In this document: piece after piece, positions 34,774 through 37,056 of the stretch | Layout: every line of letters starts with the position of its first letter | How positions within the stretch are numbered: the first letter of the stretch is position 1 | Assembly: GCA_040357565.1 (NCBI GenBank) | Contig: JBDODJ010000114.1 | Length of the DNA: 37,056 bases | Direction: 5' to 3' (one strand) | Origin: Cercozoa sp. M6MM | Taxonomy: Eukaryota > Protista > Endomyxa: Ascetosporea | The notes under the pieces: model-generated | The model's database searches: none | Seen by the model: only the letters and a program-made list of their open reading frames with translations | Told to the model about the DNA's origin: nothing | Position numbers and translations under genes: made by a program

Positions 34774-37056
34774 ATGAGCGGTAAGTACGACTCTGCGTCG
34801 TGCCCGGGAGCATGTGTGCCCTGCGTGCAACACACTCTTGTGCAGCACGCAGGATTTTGCGTGGGCCGAGATGGTCAACAAGTTGGGCTGTGTGTGTGTG
34901 TTGCCCCGTTGCGATCGCTGGGACGAGATCGCGCGAGCGTTTCTCTCCTTTTGGCCAAAGTTGCTCCTTTTGCCAGCAGGCACATGACAGTGTGTGTTTG
35001 CGGTGCTTGAACGTGAGGAGAAAGCGTCCAGAAATGACAAACTGGCGTGCGGTTTCCCTTTGTGTGCTTTAGGTTGTGTTTTGCAAAACAAAGCTGCTTG
35101 AAACTTTTGAAGCTTTGATCTGAAGCTTTTCAAAGAAGAAAGGAAGGAGAAAACCTTTGATGTTTGCGCAGACTTAGAAGAAGCGTCGAGCCCGAGTCTC
35201 ATCGTGGAAAGCACGGTGGACCAGGCCGAGATCGCGGCCGCCGATGCCGAGACCGCGGCGCGCACCGAGGCGCTGCGCCAGCAGAAGCAGCAGCAGGTGC
35301 CTTTTGTTCTTGTCCGTGTGTGTGTGTGGCTACAATAAAGGAAGCTTGTCCGCGTGGACAGGACCTGGACGCCATGGCGGAACGCAAGGCGGCGAAGCGC
35401 AAGGAGAACCGCGGCTGGAACTCGGACGAGAGCGACTACTCGGACGATGATGACTCGGAACTCACTGAGGAGGAGGTGCCGGCCTGGCAGCAGGTAGGCG
35501 GCTTTAGCTCTCTCCCTCTTTAACCCCAGTTACTCTCCCCCAGGCACTGATCGAGAAGAAGAAGCGACGCGAGGCCGGCGAACTTTCCGAAGATGAATTC
35601 GCCGACGCCGACACGGACCAGCTCGAGGTGTGTTCCCCCTCTATGCTTACCCCCCCATTTACCCCCCTACCCCAGGACGAGGAGGAGTTGCCGGCGTGGC
35701 AACAGGCGCTGCTGGAGAAGAAGCGCAAGAAGGCCGCCGGCGAACTCAGCTCGGAGGACGAGTTCTCGGGCGACGAGGACGTCGATGAGGGTGTGTTTTG
35801 CCTCCCCCCCCCTGTTTACACCCCCCTTTTCCCCCCCTGTTAACCCCCTGTTTATCCTCTTGTTTACCCCTGCCCAGAGGATGTGCCGGAGTGGCAGAAG
35901 GCGCTGCTGGAGAAGAAGCGCAAGAAGGCGGCCGGCGAGATCTCGGAAGACGAGTTCGCCGACGCACACGACGGCGACGTCAACGAGGACGACGGCGAGG
36001 TGCTTTACCCCCCCCCTCTTTGCCCCCTCTTTGCCCCCTGTTTACCCCCTGTTTACCCCCTGTTTACTCCCCTCTTTGCCCCCCTCTTTACCTCCCTGTT
36101 TGGCCCCTCTTTACCTCCCTCTTTGCCCACCCCTACCTCTCACTTTACCCCTCCCGTGTGAGACAGCTGCCGGAGTGGCAGCGCAAGCTGCTGGAGCGCA
36201 AGCAGCAGAAGCGAGAGGGACTGATCGACGAAGACGAGTTCGCCGAGGAGGCCGCGGAGTTTGTAGTTTACCCCCCCCCCGTTCTCCCCTTCACCCCCTT
36301 ACCCCCTGCTTACCCCCTAGGACGAGGAGGAGGAAGACATGCCGGCGTGGCAGCGCGCACTGATCGAGAAGAAGAAGGCCAACGCCGGCAAGGCGCTGGA
36401 GGACCGCAGTGCCGCGCTGCGACTGCAGGACCTCGACGACATCGACGACGTCAGCGACACGGAGGACGAGGAGGAGGAGGTGCGTCTTACCCCCCCTGTT
36501 TACCCCCCTTTTACCCTCTATTTCCCTCCCTATTTCCCTCCCCACTTACCTTCCTATTTACCTCCCTATTTACCTTCCTATTTACTCCTATTTCCCTCCA
36601 TATTTACCTTCCTATTTACCCTCCTACTACCCTCCCTTTTGAGCCTCCCCTTAAGCCTCCCCTTAAGCCTCCCCTTAAGCCTCCCCTCAACCCGTCTGTT
36701 TACCTGCTGGACCCCGTTGCTTGTGGTGTGTGCAGATGGACCCGGAGAAGCGCGCGCGTCTGCAGGAGTACGAGCGCATCCGGAAGGAGAAGGCGGCGCG
36801 TGAGAGGGAGGAACGCGAGCGTCGGCGTCGCCAGAAGCTGCAGCAACTCGAGCAGAACGACGAGGAGGACGAGCTGGACATGCCGGTAGTTTATCTCCCC
36901 CCCCCCCTGTTGACCCCTCTTTCCTCCCCTCTTTCCTCCCCTATTTCGTCCCCTCTTTACTCCCTCTTCACTCCCTATTTCCTTCCCTATTTCCTCCCTA
37001 TTTCCTCCCCTCTTTCCTCCCTATTTCCTCCCCTCTTTACTCCCTATTTACCCCCC
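34774..37056 (+). CDS. Acidic/basic repeat protein with tandem P[AE]WQxxLxE[KR]K motifs, 3' truncated (clear exons 35172-35296, 35362-35493, 35544-35627, 35676-35790, 35878-35999, 36167-36262, 36321-36479, 36736-36885)
   Basis: All listed exons join in frame through GT-AG introns. Five complete repeats and the probable start of a sixth. The start ATGAGCG|GTAAGT at 34774 is tentative. Confidence 0.85.
35628..37056 (+). repeat. C-rich intronic satellites (TTTACCCCCC, TATTTACCT(T/C)CC, AGCCTCCCCTTA, TTTCCTCCCC) alternating with exons
   Basis: Direct reading. Same family as the repeats at 1-382. Confidence 0.9.

Noticed and set aside
35593-36889. Long Pro-rich ORFs of 256 and 363 aa
   Set aside because: Read-through of C-rich introns in the wrong frames. 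The spliced acidic/basic frame is coherent.

Overview
Gene-dense eukaryotic DNA, probably from a protist (the lineage cannot be fixed from sequence alone). It uses the standard genetic code and has many short GT-AG introns with weak donors, often filled with simple repeats, so the six-frame ORF track mostly misleads. I spliced the genes by eye; exon joins are inference unless anchored by conserved motifs. Recognisable genes: the 3' end of a MYND zinc-finger gene, 60S ribosomal protein L5 (uL18), a 6-TM voltage-gated-channel-like gene whose pore reads LLTGQG instead of TVGYG, an ankyrin/coiled-coil/EF-hand-like gene, a chitin synthase with a roughly 400-aa insertion inside its catalytic domain, and a tandem PxWQxxLxE[KR]K-repeat gene running off the right end. 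There are also four signal-peptide proteins (one with a PP1-docking RVxF-like motif, one a Cys-rich type I membrane protein), several hypothetical genes, G/C-run intronic satellites and a 100-N gap. No tRNA, rRNA, CRISPR array or intact transposon was seen. Best leads: the odd-filter channel, the split chitin synthase, the secreted RVxF protein, the PxW-repeat protein, complementary intronic satellites flanking one exon, and an RNase P/MRP-like fold at about 1.83-1.98 kb.
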